The notes under the pieces: model-generated
Database searches by the model: none
Seen by the model: the letters and a program-made list of their open reading frames with translations, nothing else
What the model was told of the DNA's origin: nothing
In this document: in pieces, positions 47,219 to 56,311 of the stretch
Position numbering within the stretch: the stretch's first letter is position 1
Layout of the letters: each line of letters opens with the position of its first letter
Position numbers and translations under genes: made by a program
DNA from: a virus
Taxonomy: Duplodnaviria > Caudoviricetes
IMG/VR virus record: IMGVR_UViG_3300050159_000048
Reading direction: 5' to 3' (one strand)
DNA length: 64,000 nt

Positions 47219-47955
47219 TCTGCCACCTTATCGATGTACACGTGTTGTTCAATATATGCCCGGTCTTGGGAGAAGATCGGGATGTTCTTATCAACCCCGT
47301 CGCGGGTCACGCATGTACCCCGTCGCATCCACGTTGGCAAATCATTCCAGTTGGCGCTGTGTTCGGCCATCAGCATATCTTGAACTTCACTGTTGCTCTT
47401 GCCGTGCATTTGCTTGGAAGAGAAGAAGTGACGACCATACATCTGCACACTGTTCCTGGACGCGTCGTTTTGGCGCCACAAGAAGTAATTGGCAACTTCT
47501 TCTTTGGGGAGGTTATACGCTCGGCTATCAAATTTAGCCATATCTTTCATAGACATTGGAGTGCGAACTTCACCAAACTTGAAGTTGAAAGCTGCGGTGG
47601 CTTCAGCGGCTGATACCGATACAATCTTCTGTAAGTTGTTGTCAAACCAAGCTTCCGTCTCAAATGTATCCCAGTCACGCAGAAGTAGTGAGATTTCATC
47701 ACTCTGTGTATAGCCGAGGACACATCCTTGCATGGTGTCAACAAGGTGTTGTGTGGTGAATGTCATCACTTCATTCATGATCACGCTGAAAGGTGTCTTG
47801 TCGAGTGAGACATCATATTTTGATAGGCACTTGGTCCAGGTGTGGAACGCTTTGCCGTCAATGCGCACGATTACGGGCGTGCGCTTCATCAGATCACTTT
47901 GCGTGACCGATTCGTACCGCTTCATGCGGTCGCCCAAACTGTCTTTGGTTGTCAT
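47215..47955 (-). CDS. thg1: tRNA(His) guanylyltransferase Thg1-like 3'-5' polymerase
   Basis: RIDGKAFH, YTQSDEISL, FDSRAY, WRQNDASRNS. Confidence 0.93.
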   Translation of the reverse strand: MTTKDSLGDRMKRYESVTQSDLMKRTPVIVRIDGKAFHTWTKCLSKYDVSLDKTPFSVIMNEVMTFTTQHLVDTMQGCVLGYTQSDEISLLLRDWDTFETEAWFDNNLQKIVSVSAAEATAAFNFKFGEVRTPMSMKDMAKFDSRAYNLPKEEVANYFLWRQNDASRNSVQMYGRHFFSSKQMHGKSNSEVQDMLMAEHSANWNDLPTWMRRGTCVTRDGVDKNIPIFSQDRAYIEQHVYIDKVAE

Positions 47956-48013
47956 GGTAGGGTAATCCTTAGTTGAAATTACCCTACCATTTTACTCTAG
48001 GTCAACAATTACC

Positions 48014-48796
48014 TCAACCAGCTAAAGCATTCATTTCTTCAGCCGCGATGATCCACGATTTCACAAAATCACTACGAATGATGTCGTGCTGCGTGAATGT
48101 TACGTTTGTAAATGCACCCATGCGGTCCGTAACTTTCATCATCATTTCCATACCGCTAACTTCACCCTTCTTACGAAGGTCGGTTTGGGGCAGGTCTCCT
48201 GCAAGAATGATGCGAGAATTGCGTCCCAGGCGAGTCATGATGGTGTTAATCTCATGGAACGTCATTGATTGAACTTCGTCCACCACAATCACCGCATCAT
48301 CCCAAGTAAGACCGCGAATGAAAGACGTGGTTTGGAAATCAACCATGTTGCTTTCCTTCATGTCTTGGTATGTTGTCGAGCGACCCATCAGTTCGTGGAA
48401 GATGTCCTTGTAAGGCATTTCATACAGGGCTGCCTTTTCTTCAAGTGTACCTGGCATGAAGCCGAGGTCGCGGGTAGGTACGGCGGATCGAACAAGAATG
48501 ATCTTCTTGCATTCGGATTCTGGGTTCAACACTTCCTGCAATGCCAGATAGATTGCCAAGAATGTCTTACCAGTGCCGGCAGAACCTGATGCTACGATGT
48601 TTTGTCCCTCCATGAAATCGTAGATCATTTCGCGCTGTGCTGGTGTAAGTGGCTTGATGTCGTGGAGATCGTGACGAGACCAGTGCTTGCGCTTCGTCGG
48701 ACCTTCTGTGACTGCTCGTCCGTTAGCGAGCAGTGCTTGTTCTAGTTGATATACGTTATTGCGAACTGATGCTTTAAGGGCACGTTTACGGGACAT
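48014..48796 (-). CDS. phoH: PhoH-like ATPase
   Basis: GSAGTGKT, LGFMPG, FIRGLTW, VDEVQS, TRLG, GDLPQTD. Confidence 0.95.
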   Translation of the reverse strand: MSRKRALKASVRNNVYQLEQALLANGRAVTEGPTKRKHWSRHDLHDIKPLTPAQREMIYDFMEGQNIVASGSAGTGKTFLAIYLALQEVLNPESECKKIILVRSAVPTRDLGFMPGTLEEKAALYEMPYKDIFHELMGRSTTYQDMKESNMVDFQTTSFIRGLTWDDAVIVVDEVQSMTFHEINTIMTRLGRNSRIILAGDLPQTDLRKKGEVSGMEMMMKVTDRMGAFTNVTFTQHDIIRSDFVKSWIIAAEEMNALAG

Positions 48797-48887
48797 AGGT
48801 CAAGCCTCCTAAGTGAATAGGTGTTGTTTAGGTTGGTGGGGATTGCGCGGAGAACTCCGCAGAGGAACTTGAACGGGAAAAGAAAAA

Positions 48888-48961
48888 GAGACAGTGTGTG
48901 ATATGCATCATTTTCCTAACCGGTGATAGGGTAGGTAAAGATATTTATCACACACTGTCTC
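48888..48961. repeat. Perfect 16 bp inverted repeat upstream of phoH
   Basis: GAGACAGTGTGTGATA (48888-48903) and TATCACACACTGTCTC (48946-48961). Confidence 0.9.
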
Positions 48962-48981
48962 CAAACGAAAAAAATGTGAGT

Positions 48982-49308
48982 TCACCGCGGTTTACGTGGT
49001 GGTTTCGCGGGATCTTTGAACCAGTTGTCGATTGCGCCAATCGTATACAGGTTTGTGAATCCGTACTGCTCCAAGTAGCCTAAAACTGTGTTGACGGTTG
49101 TGTCAGTATCAGTCACGCCGAAAGCAATGATTCGTGTTGCTTTCGGGTGTTTAAGCATTTGAGCAAGTTGGTGTGTTGCTAGATTTACAGCACCAGGGAT
49201 AGTACCGTCACGAAAGTGGACGGGTGTCCGAGCATCCAACAGGACAGCCCCCTTAGCTAGGAGCTGTTTTGCCTTTGCGACGCTGATGCGTTGTCCTGTT
49301 GTATTCAT
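48982..49308 (-). CDS. Rhodanese-like protein
   Basis: LLDARTP..F..GTIPGAVN, GFTNLYTI; no obvious active-site Cys. Confidence 0.8.
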   Translation of the reverse strand: MNTTGQRISVAKAKQLLAKGAVLLDARTPVHFRDGTIPGAVNLATHQLAQMLKHPKATRIIAFGVTDTDTTVNTVLGYLEQYGFTNLYTIGAIDNWFKDPAKPPRKPR

Positions 49309-49317
49309 ATCATGTCC

Positions 49318-49962
49318 TTAGAATCCCTCAGCGTCTGCGTCAGGCACATTACCAGCATTCAGGCGCTCCTCTAGTAGGTTACGCTCGGCGTCAATGTCGC
49401 GATCAATCGTCGCTTCAGCGCTGAACTTGCTCCCCTTGTTGCGCGAACGCAACTTGGCGATATTTACTTCTTGAATTTGCTCCCAATCACCACCCAAGGC
49501 GTCGACGGCGATTGCGTGGTACCAGTTCAAATCACCCAACTCTTCCAGAATGTTGATGCCATCAATCTCTGTGTCTTCGGTGATTGCTGTGTGCAGGGCT
49601 TCCAACAGTTCTACAGCCTCAGTGGCCAGACCAATGATGGCATGAGCCACACGTGGGTTGATTTTCTGCAGTGTACGGACGGGGGATGGGCCAGCAGAGT
49701 CACCAGGGAAAGTACCAGCTGATGCAAGCGGAGCTGCTCGGCGGAGTGCTTGAGCGTTGAGGGCGAGGCGATCCTGACGCGCGGATGCTTTCTTAGGGTC
49801 CGTTGGCAGACCGTAGAATGTGTCTTTCTTGATTACGTCCAGCAGGTTACCTGCTGCGATCGTTGCTTCAAGCACATAGGTCAGGTGTTGAACGTCGGTA
49901 GTAACGTTGTCGATGACGCTCTCTGTTTCGATAGCTTTGGAGATGTAGTCTTGTAGGTTCAT
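49318..49962 (-). CDS. mazG: MazG-like nucleotide pyrophosphohydrolase
   Basis: GLATEAVE, EELGDLNWY, NIAKLRSR; start MNLQD after GAGG. Confidence 0.85.
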   Translation of the reverse strand: MNLQDYISKAIETESVIDNVTTDVQHLTYVLEATIAAGNLLDVIKKDTFYGLPTDPKKASARQDRLALNAQALRRAAPLASAGTFPGDSAGPSPVRTLQKINPRVAHAIIGLATEAVELLEALHTAITEDTEIDGINILEELGDLNWYHAIAVDALGGDWEQIQEVNIAKLRSRNKGSKFSAEATIDRDIDAERNLLEERLNAGNVPDADAEGF

Positions 49963-50017
49963 GGGATTGTATCCTCTTATGGTTGTGTGGATACAATCCC
50001 AGTTTATTTGGGGGTTG

Positions 50018-50602
50018 TCAACTGTCGAATACGGTTTCAACGATTGTGTTGATGGTTTCTTGGTGCAGTAGCACTTCGAAATGATTAGTGCCAATCTCCA
50101 CATGATTAGCATACCACACCGCTCGTTGACTGGCAAGACTGACAACACCGTCTGTCTGACCAATGCCGGGATACGTGCGACCGTTGGTGGCGATGATGCT
50201 GGTGATGCGATCGAAGTCAATTCGGTCAGCTGACCGAATTGTTTGGTATACAGGATGGTTTGGATGAACGTTGGCTAGTACCGGAGAGAAGTGAGATGCA
50301 AACGGAACACGAGACACCTCACACCCACCAAGAGGAGAAGCGATTGTGGTAATCGATTCAACGTTGTCACTGCGAAGGGCAGCGAATAGAGAGATCACGC
50401 CACCAAGACTGTGGCCAACCAAATGAACCTTTTCGGGATAGGTCGTCAGTAGAGTTTGCAAGCGATCACACGTCTCGAGCAACGGAGCTGTTGCATCATA
50501 TGCAAACAGGTCTTCGTTGTGGTCAGGCAGACTGTTAATGATGTGTTCAAAACTGAGCGGAGTCATGTAGGCTCCGTGAACGTATACGATTGTAGGTTTC
50601 AT
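50018..50602 (-). CDS. Alpha/beta hydrolase (lipase-like)
   Basis: VHG, GHSLGG, DGVV, NHF catalytic triad motifs. Confidence 0.88.
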   Translation of the reverse strand: MKPTIVYVHGAYMTPLSFEHIINSLPDHNEDLFAYDATAPLLETCDRLQTLLTTYPEKVHLVGHSLGGVISLFAALRSDNVESITTIASPLGGCEVSRVPFASHFSPVLANVHPNHPVYQTIRSADRIDFDRITSIIATNGRTYPGIGQTDGVVSLASQRAVWYANHVEIGTNHFEVLLHQETINTIVETVFDS

Positions 50603-50610
50603 GGCAATGA

Positions 50611-50634
50611 AGAAAGGGCCCGGAGGCCCTTTCT
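50611..50634 (-). terminator. Rho-independent terminator
   Basis: AGAAAGGGCC-cgga-GGCCCTTTCT. Confidence 0.75.
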
Positions 50635-50635
50635 G

Positions 50636-51223
50636 TTAGTTGAGTTTGATTGGGTGCAGGATTCGACTGTCCTTTGTCACTCGACTTTTCAGAAATTCCA
50701 TCTGATCCGCAAGGATGTTGCGGTTCATCAGGATCAGGTATTCTGATCGGTTCGGAGCGTACGGCAGATACAGAAGCTTCATGCCAGCTTGTTCCAGCGT
50801 GCGGTCATCCTTCAGTTTGTTGCAGCCGCCACATGCAGTGACAACGTTAGTCCAGACGTCCGGGCCACCACGAGAGCGCGCCACAATGTGGTCACGGGTC
50901 AAGTGGTCATGACCGAATTCGTTACCGCAGTATGCGCAAATGTGTTGGTCACGTCTGAACAGGGCTCGATTGGTAAGAGTGGGAATGCGAAAGCGACCCT
51001 TATCACCAATCTCACCCTTGACTGCAATGATCGTGTTCAGATCCATTGATGATTGTTCACCCGTTAGGGCGTTTTCACCACCATAAATCGTGAACTCATC
51101 CTCTCCATAGACCCATGCGATGAGGTCTTTTGCCTTGTAGTAGGCAGCATCCTCATATGTCATCCAACGGCATGGATTGCCTGCGACGTCAAGTTGTAGA
51201 ATCAGCGGGTGTTCTCTCGCCAT
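50636..51223 (-). CDS. HNH endonuclease (McrA-like)
   Basis: LFRRDQHICAYCG, TRDHIVARSRGG, WTNVVTACGGCNKLK; TAAATA at 51259-51264. Confidence 0.92.
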   Translation of the reverse strand: MAREHPLILQLDVAGNPCRWMTYEDAAYYKAKDLIAWVYGEDEFTIYGGENALTGEQSSMDLNTIIAVKGEIGDKGRFRIPTLTNRALFRRDQHICAYCGNEFGHDHLTRDHIVARSRGGPDVWTNVVTACGGCNKLKDDRTLEQAGMKLLYLPYAPNRSEYLILMNRNILADQMEFLKSRVTKDSRILHPIKLN

Positions 51224-51289
51224 GATAATCTCCAGAAATTGTGGGGGATTCCCACAATTTATTTATCGTGGGAATTTCATCACTATAAC

Positions 51290-51317
51290 AGAGGGGTTGA
51301 GGTAAGTCAACCCCTCT
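51290..51317 (-). terminator. Hairpin / probable terminator
   Basis: AGAGGGGTTGA-6 nt-TCAACCCCTCT. Confidence 0.6.
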
Positions 51318-51328
51318 CCGCCGGTAGA

Positions 51329-51628
51329 TTAGGTGTGCAAGCTAAACCGCTCAAGCGGTTTGCGCTGATCACCAATCAGAGGTTGGGTACAGATAGCGGT
51401 GTATCCGAGGTTGTTATCAGGCTCGAAGAACATTTGGTACTGAATGTTCGACCTCTCAAGGAACAAGGCCTGCTTCTCAAGCTCTGCCTGTGATGAGGAG
51501 CGCAGGCAGATAAGATGAGAATGTTCACCAAATCGCTCACCGGCTTCGTGGGCTGCGTGTGCTGCCTGCACAATTTGCTGTGCAGGCGTCAGGTCGCCAC
51601 GAATGAACAAATAGGTATATTGAGTCAT
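51329..51628 (-). CDS. Peptidyl-tRNA hydrolase Pth2-like protein
   Basis: YLFIRGDL...QIVQAAHA...FFEPD...TAIC.QP pattern of the PTH2 superfamily. Confidence 0.7.
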   Translation of the reverse strand: MTQYTYLFIRGDLTPAQQIVQAAHAAHEAGERFGEHSHLICLRSSSQAELEKQALFLERSNIQYQMFFEPDNNLGYTAICTQPLIGDQRKPLERFSLHT

Positions 51629-51966
51629 TACATTTCCTTCGTGAGGTAGATGGAAATGTCAGTCTCAATGGCCTGAACTTGCTCGGTGGTAAGCTCAACA
51701 CCAAACACAGAAGGCGTTTGGTATGCACGCTTCCAGTGGCGGCAGCCGTATGTCACTTCGTTCAGGGCATCACAAAGTGAACGAGAGGGATTTTGCCCGT
51801 TTGCTAGTTTGGTGTTGTTGGTAATCTTGGAGAAACCGCGGCCGAGGGGGAGTCCTCGGATCCAGTTGTAGATTACGTGGTCTTTGGCAGAGCCGTGGAT
51901 CTTTTTGTGTGCCTTGCACAGGGCATGGAACTGGTCGATGGTCAGATGTGTGTTTGTCGGCGTCAT
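51628..51966 (-). CDS. Hypothetical protein
   Basis: 112 aa, AAGGA RBS. Confidence 0.7.
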   Translation of the reverse strand: MTPTNTHLTIDQFHALCKAHKKIHGSAKDHVIYNWIRGLPLGRGFSKITNNTKLANGQNPSRSLCDALNEVTYGCRHWKRAYQTPSVFGVELTTEQVQAIETDISIYLTKEM

Positions 51967-52100
51967 GATGTATCCTTAGGAAAATGGTTAAAAGTTGCAA
52001 GAGACAAAGATAACCATACCCTCGGAGGGCCAACATTACGAATCAAAACCTACAGTGCCATGATTTGCTCCAGTTAGACATGCGTTATTGCATGGATGTC

Positions 52101-52129
52101 AGTATATATGACGGTTTTTCTAAAGTCAA
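52101..52129 (-). promoter_or_regulatory. Sigma70-type promoter
   Basis: TTGACT-17-TATACT. Confidence 0.75.
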
Positions 52130-52401
52130 CTGTCCCACTCAGCGTATTGGGTAATCATAGGGGGAGACGTTGTGTTGGTGAGTTCCCACAGGGCTTCATA
52201 CTCAACGCCATCAATGACGTACGTCAACGATGCACAATGAAGAGAAAGACCGTCACGAACGGGTTCAATTTGTCGCGCTTGGATCATTTCCCACACAACT
52301 GCTGATTGCTCAGCAGTTAGTTGCGTCATCTTTCTTGGGAACGCCTTCTTGAGGAAGTTGATAGCTTCCTCACGCGTTAGATTCGGTATCTCCTTGGTCA
52401 T
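52126..52401 (-). CDS. Hypothetical protein
   Basis: 91 aa, ATGA coupling to prs. Confidence 0.7.
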   Translation of the reverse strand: MTKEIPNLTREEAINFLKKAFPRKMTQLTAEQSAVVWEMIQARQIEPVRDGLSLHCASLTYVIDGVEYEALWELTNTTSPPMITQYAEWDS

Positions 52402-53354
52402 GATTGTGCAATCTCGCTAACTGACGTTCCGTTGTGCACCCGCTTGATCGTCTCTGCGAGCAAAGACGCTACGCTGATTTGACGAACCTTTTCAAAACCA
52501 ACAAACGAGTCAGTGAGAGGGATGGAATCTGTGACAACCAGTTCTTCAAGCTTGGATTCAGCCAAGTTCGTCAACGCCTTGCCAGACAGCACGCCGTGAG
52601 ATGCGTACGCTACAACACGCCGTGCACCACCACGATCAATCAGCGCGTTCGCTGCTTTGGCAAGCGTACCGGCGGTATCCACCATGTCGTCGATCATAAT
52701 GCAGGTACGATCTTCAACATTGCCAATGATGTTCATCACTTCAGATTCATTTGCCCGTTCACGTCGCTTGTCAACGATCGCAAGTTCCATGTTATTCAGC
52801 TGGCTGGCCGTAGCACGAGCTCGCGCCACACCACCAACGTCAGGTGACACAATAATCGGATTTTCCGTACGCCACCTGTGGTAGATGTCACTAACGAACA
52901 GTGATTGTGCACCCATGTTATCAACCGGAATTGTGAAGAACCCCTGGATTTGGGTTGCGTGCAAGTCGATTGTGACAACATGATCAATGCCGACACCTTC
53001 CAGCATGTGCGCCACAACGCTGGCGGAGATTGGGACGCGAGAGTATCCGGGACGGCGGTCTTGCCGAGCATACCCAAAGTACGGAATCACCGCGACAATC
53101 TTTTGAACGGACGACCGGCGCAGCGCATCCGCAATCAGCATCGTCTCCATGAGGGTGTCGTTGGCGGGTGCGCATGTTGGTTGAACGATGAATGCTGTAC
53201 AGCCACGAACGTTGTCTTTCAGCTCTACGCGGATTTCTCCGTCGCTGAACCGCTCAACGTCTACACGCTCAAGGCCAATGTTGAGTTTTTGTGCAATTGC
53301 TTGCGCCAATTTACGGTTTGCTGTTCCTGCAAACAATTTGATCTCACCGTTCAT
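52398..53354 (-). CDS. prs: Ribose-phosphate pyrophosphokinase (class I)
   Basis: FSDGE, PYFGYARQDR, DLHATQIQGFF, VSPDVGGV, DKRR, DDMVDTAGT; GAGGAG RBS. Confidence 0.96.
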   Translation of the reverse strand: MNGEIKLFAGTANRKLAQAIAQKLNIGLERVDVERFSDGEIRVELKDNVRGCTAFIVQPTCAPANDTLMETMLIADALRRSSVQKIVAVIPYFGYARQDRRPGYSRVPISASVVAHMLEGVGIDHVVTIDLHATQIQGFFTIPVDNMGAQSLFVSDIYHRWRTENPIIVSPDVGGVARARATASQLNNMELAIVDKRRERANESEVMNIIGNVEDRTCIMIDDMVDTAGTLAKAANALIDRGGARRVVAYASHGVLSGKALTNLAESKLEELVVTDSIPLTDSFVGFEKVRQISVASLLAETIKRVHNGTSVSEIAQS

Positions 53355-53386
53355 GGGGGATCTCCTCAAATAAAGAGGAATAATAC

Positions 53387-53392
53387 TAAATA
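53387..53392 (+). promoter_or_regulatory. TAAATA late promoter motif
   Basis: acTAAATAa upstream of 53431. Confidence 0.55.
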
Positions 53393-53430
53393 ACACCACA
53401 ATAATCAACTTAGGGTAAAGGACCTAATGC

Positions 53431-55626
53431 ATGCCAAATCCGTCATATGTCAAGTCCATGAATGTTAACTTCAGCGATAGGAAACAAGATGTAGTACAAA
53501 TTGTGTCATCGCCAAACATTGTTGCACTTTGGTATTCGATGAGTGATGCTGATAGGGCCAATCTTGCAACATTGGCTACAGCCAACGGAGGTTCTCTACC
53601 ACTACCGTCAATGGCGCTCGCACATTCAACCCTAATGCCGAACGGAATGAGTTGGTGGCAGACGTATCAAGGTATGTGCAAAACCATTCCCGCAAGCCTC
53701 AAGTCGTCTGTTGGATCAGCCGCTGATGGAATGAGTTCGGCTGATGTTTCTAAAATCCAGTCGTTGGTGTCAGGGGATGAATTTCGTGAGTACCCGCTGA
53801 GACAGTACGGTGATGCGCGCAGGGCCACCCGCTTTAAGGCCGCGGGCGCCATGGACATCATTTCGACCGAGCTGCGCATCACCGGCTACACGTTCACCGA
53901 CTCGGACGTCGGCAAGACCGCGGCGATCAAGGGCCCCGGCGTTGGCTCCCCAACCTCAGACTTTGCTGTCGTCGCCAATGACGGCGTGCTGATCGGCACC
54001 ATCCTGTCGGTCAGTGGTGGCAAGGCATACCTGTCGGTGGCGGCCACCCAGACGGCATCCAACTGCGAAGTGATCTTCGGGTGGCCGTGCGACGACGCGT
54101 TCGTGGCCGCCGTGGCCAAGTGCCGTGCCGACTACGTAGCCGACGGCGTGCCGGGCAAGGTCATCATTCCCGGTGGTGACTACATGGTCACTGGCCGCCT
54201 GCCGGTCAGTTCGGGCGTGTCGATGGGAGGCTGCCGACGCGACGGCACGAGTGTCTACGTGTGCAAGGTCGTCGCCAACGCCGACGACTCGAACACGGCG
54301 CCCTGGATTGCTCGCGAAAGCTCCTTTGCAGTCGGCGGGTACTACGACTGCGTGTGCCTGGAGAATTTCAGCCTGATCGGCACCTTCTTCGCATCCAGCG
54401 GGCCCTACGGCAGCGACATGAAGATGATCTCGATGGATGGCACGAACCAGTCGTTTGTGCGGCACATGCGGATCGTGGACAACCCGAGCACGGCGCTGGG
54501 CTACGATAAGTCCATCGCCTGCGAGCTGGCCCACAACCTCATCATCCGCCCCGCACGGCTGGCAAGGCCCAGCACCAGCGGCAACTCGGGCGGCGCGGGC
54601 GGCTCCGGCATCGGTATCGCGGTCGGCGATACCGAGCTGTCGATGCACGTCCACCACAACACCATCATCGGCACACTGGCGGCGGGCATGGGCAACTTGG
54701 CCGCAGGCGCGGTCGGCCGCAGCGGTATCAACATCGAGGCGTCAGCCGAGACGCCTAACCCGCCCGCATTCGGCGGTTCCGGCCTCATCATCGAAGCCAA
54801 CATCGTCCGCGGCTTCTTCAACGGCGTCGTGGACAGCGGCGCGCAGGGTACGCGCATCGTTCACAACGTCATCAGCCAGTGCGTCCACGGGATCAAGGCG
54901 GGCAGCAACGGGGTGACATACGGCCGCGTAGCGCGCGACACGCTGATCGCACACAACGATATCAGCAACTTGTTCACCTGGAATGCCCAGTACAGCGCGG
55001 GCATCATGGTCAACAGCGCCGTTGGCGCGACTGCCAACGGTCAGTCTGGTATCGCGCTCGCCTATGGTCGCTCGCGCGTGCTGGACAACACCATCCGCGC
55101 CGCCGCTGGCGGGTACGGAATCGCGCTGATCGTCAACGCGGGAAAGCCGCTGCTCGGACTTACGGTGCGCGGCAACCTGGTGTCCGACTGCGACCTGTCG
55201 GGCATCCGGTTGTTCGGTGGGTTCATCGACTTGGAGCTTACTGACAACATGATGATCTCCAACGGCCGCGCTGCCACCGCGGGGAACAAGGCTCCGATCC
55301 GGTTCGATACCGGCACCACCTGGGTGGGCGGCAAGTACTCGGGCAATCACTACCTGGACCCCGAGTCGAGCCCGACGCAGGACGCGGCGCCGACCGTCAA
55401 CAACGCAACGCTCACGAACGTGTGGGCAGCCGAAAAGGTGTTGGCGCTCGCCAGCAACGCGGTCGCCAACTTGCCGGCCGCTTCGGCTGCGTACAAGGGA
55501 TTCCGCGCGACCGTGACGGATGCGTCCACGGCGTACACGTCGGCCAACGTTGGCGTCACGGTCGCGGCCGGCGGCGCCAACACCGCGCCTGTGTTCTGCA
55601 ACGGCACCAACTGGGTGATCGGCTGA
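53431..55626 (+). CDS. Pectate-lyase-like beta-helix protein (tail spike / depolymerase candidate)
   Basis: DDAFVAAV...KVIIPGGDYMV, repeated N-x-I beta-helix coils, C-terminal V..LP.A....ATVTDA...GG....PVFCNGTNWVIG tail motif. Confidence 0.75.
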   Translation: MPNPSYVKSMNVNFSDRKQDVVQIVSSPNIVALWYSMSDADRANLATLATANGGSLPLPSMALAHSTLMPNGMSWWQTYQGMCKTIPASLKSSVGSAADGMSSADVSKIQSLVSGDEFREYPLRQYGDARRATRFKAAGAMDIISTELRITGYTFTDSDVGKTAAIKGPGVGSPTSDFAVVANDGVLIGTILSVSGGKAYLSVAATQTASNCEVIFGWPCDDAFVAAVAKCRADYVADGVPGKVIIPGGDYMVTGRLPVSSGVSMGGCRRDGTSVYVCKVVANADDSNTAPWIARESSFAVGGYYDCVCLENFSLIGTFFASSGPYGSDMKMISMDGTNQSFVRHMRIVDNPSTALGYDKSIACELAHNLIIRPARLARPSTSGNSGGAGGSGIGIAVGDTELSMHVHHNTIIGTLAAGMGNLAAGAVGRSGINIEASAETPNPPAFGGSGLIIEANIVRGFFNGVVDSGAQGTRIVHNVISQCVHGIKAGSNGVTYGRVARDTLIAHNDISNLFTWNAQYSAGIMVNSAVGATANGQSGIALAYGRSRVLDNTIRAAAGGYGIALIVNAGKPLLGLTVRGNLVSDCDLSGIRLFGGFIDLELTDNMMISNGRAATAGNKAPIRFDTGTTWVGGKYSGNHYLDPESSPTQDAAPTVNNATLTNVWAAEKVLALASNAVANLPAASAAYKGFRATVTDASTAYTSANVGVTVAAGGANTAPVFCNGTNWVIG

Positions 55627-55686
55627 TTCCCATCCCCCGCCAGTAGATATTGAAAAGAAACGCTAACTAACACAAGGAGATTGTGC

Positions 55687-56259
55687 ATGGCTTATACAAA
55701 CGAAGACTATAAACGCGTTGCAGAACAACTAAAGTGCGAACCAGCAGCGGTTGCCGCAGTTGCTGCCGTGGAATCTGCTGGCAGTGGTTTTGATCCCGAG
55801 GGATTTCCAAAGACCCTATTCGAAGGACATTGGTTCTACAAGCTAACAAACGGTAAGTATGCTCAATCTCATCCCGATCTGTGCTATCCGAAGTGGACCA
55901 AGCAGTTCTACGGAAAGACCTGGCGTGAGGAGAAGGATCGTCTTAATCGAGCGATTGCTCTAGATAGGAATGCGGCATTGATGTCTGCGTCGTGGGGTTC
56001 GTTCCAAATCATGGGATACAACTTCGCTAAGTGTGGGTACAAAACCGTGCAGCAGTTCGTTAATGATATGTGTAAGGGCGACGGTGCTCAACTTGATGCG
56101 TTTGCAGAGTTTGTTCACGAATCCGGAATGGCTGACGAGCTTCAAGATAAGCGGTGGGCTGATTTTGCGCGCCTGTATAATGGCCCTGGATACGCACAAA
56201 ACAGCTACGATAAGAAGCTAGCGGCAGCATATGCAAAAGCCCTACAAACCCTAGGTTGA
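55687..56259 (+). CDS. Endolysin, N-acetylmuramidase (DUF3380 family)
   Basis: AVAAVESAGSGF, LFEGH.F, SASWG.FQIMGYN, WADFARLYNGPGY; AAGGAG RBS. Confidence 0.93.
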   Translation: MAYTNEDYKRVAEQLKCEPAAVAAVAAVESAGSGFDPEGFPKTLFEGHWFYKLTNGKYAQSHPDLCYPKWTKQFYGKTWREEKDRLNRAIALDRNAALMSASWGSFQIMGYNFAKCGYKTVQQFVNDMCKGDGAQLDAFAEFVHESGMADELQDKRWADFARLYNGPGYAQNSYDKKLAAAYAKALQTLG

Positions 56260-56285
56260 CTTAACGCATTCTGATAACGTATAAT
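56256..56285 (+). promoter_or_regulatory. Sigma70-type promoter
   Basis: TTGACT-18-TATAAT. Confidence 0.75.
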
Positions 56286-56311
56286 CGCCTCCATCAATCC
56301 AATTTGGGTTA

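Noticed and set aside
49963-50220. 86 aa N-terminal extension of MazG in the ORF track
   Set aside because: It overlaps the hydrolase gene in another frame; the RBS is at ATG 49962.
52398-53354. Prs as the NARP1 ADPR-PP synthetase (Adps)
   Set aside because: The sequence looks like canonical bacterial class I Prs and has no adjacent Namat partner; not excluded without phylogeny.
53956-55350. Long minus-strand ORFs (233 aa, 202 aa and others)
   Set aside because: These are expected shadow frames in GC-rich DNA opposite the beta-helix gene.
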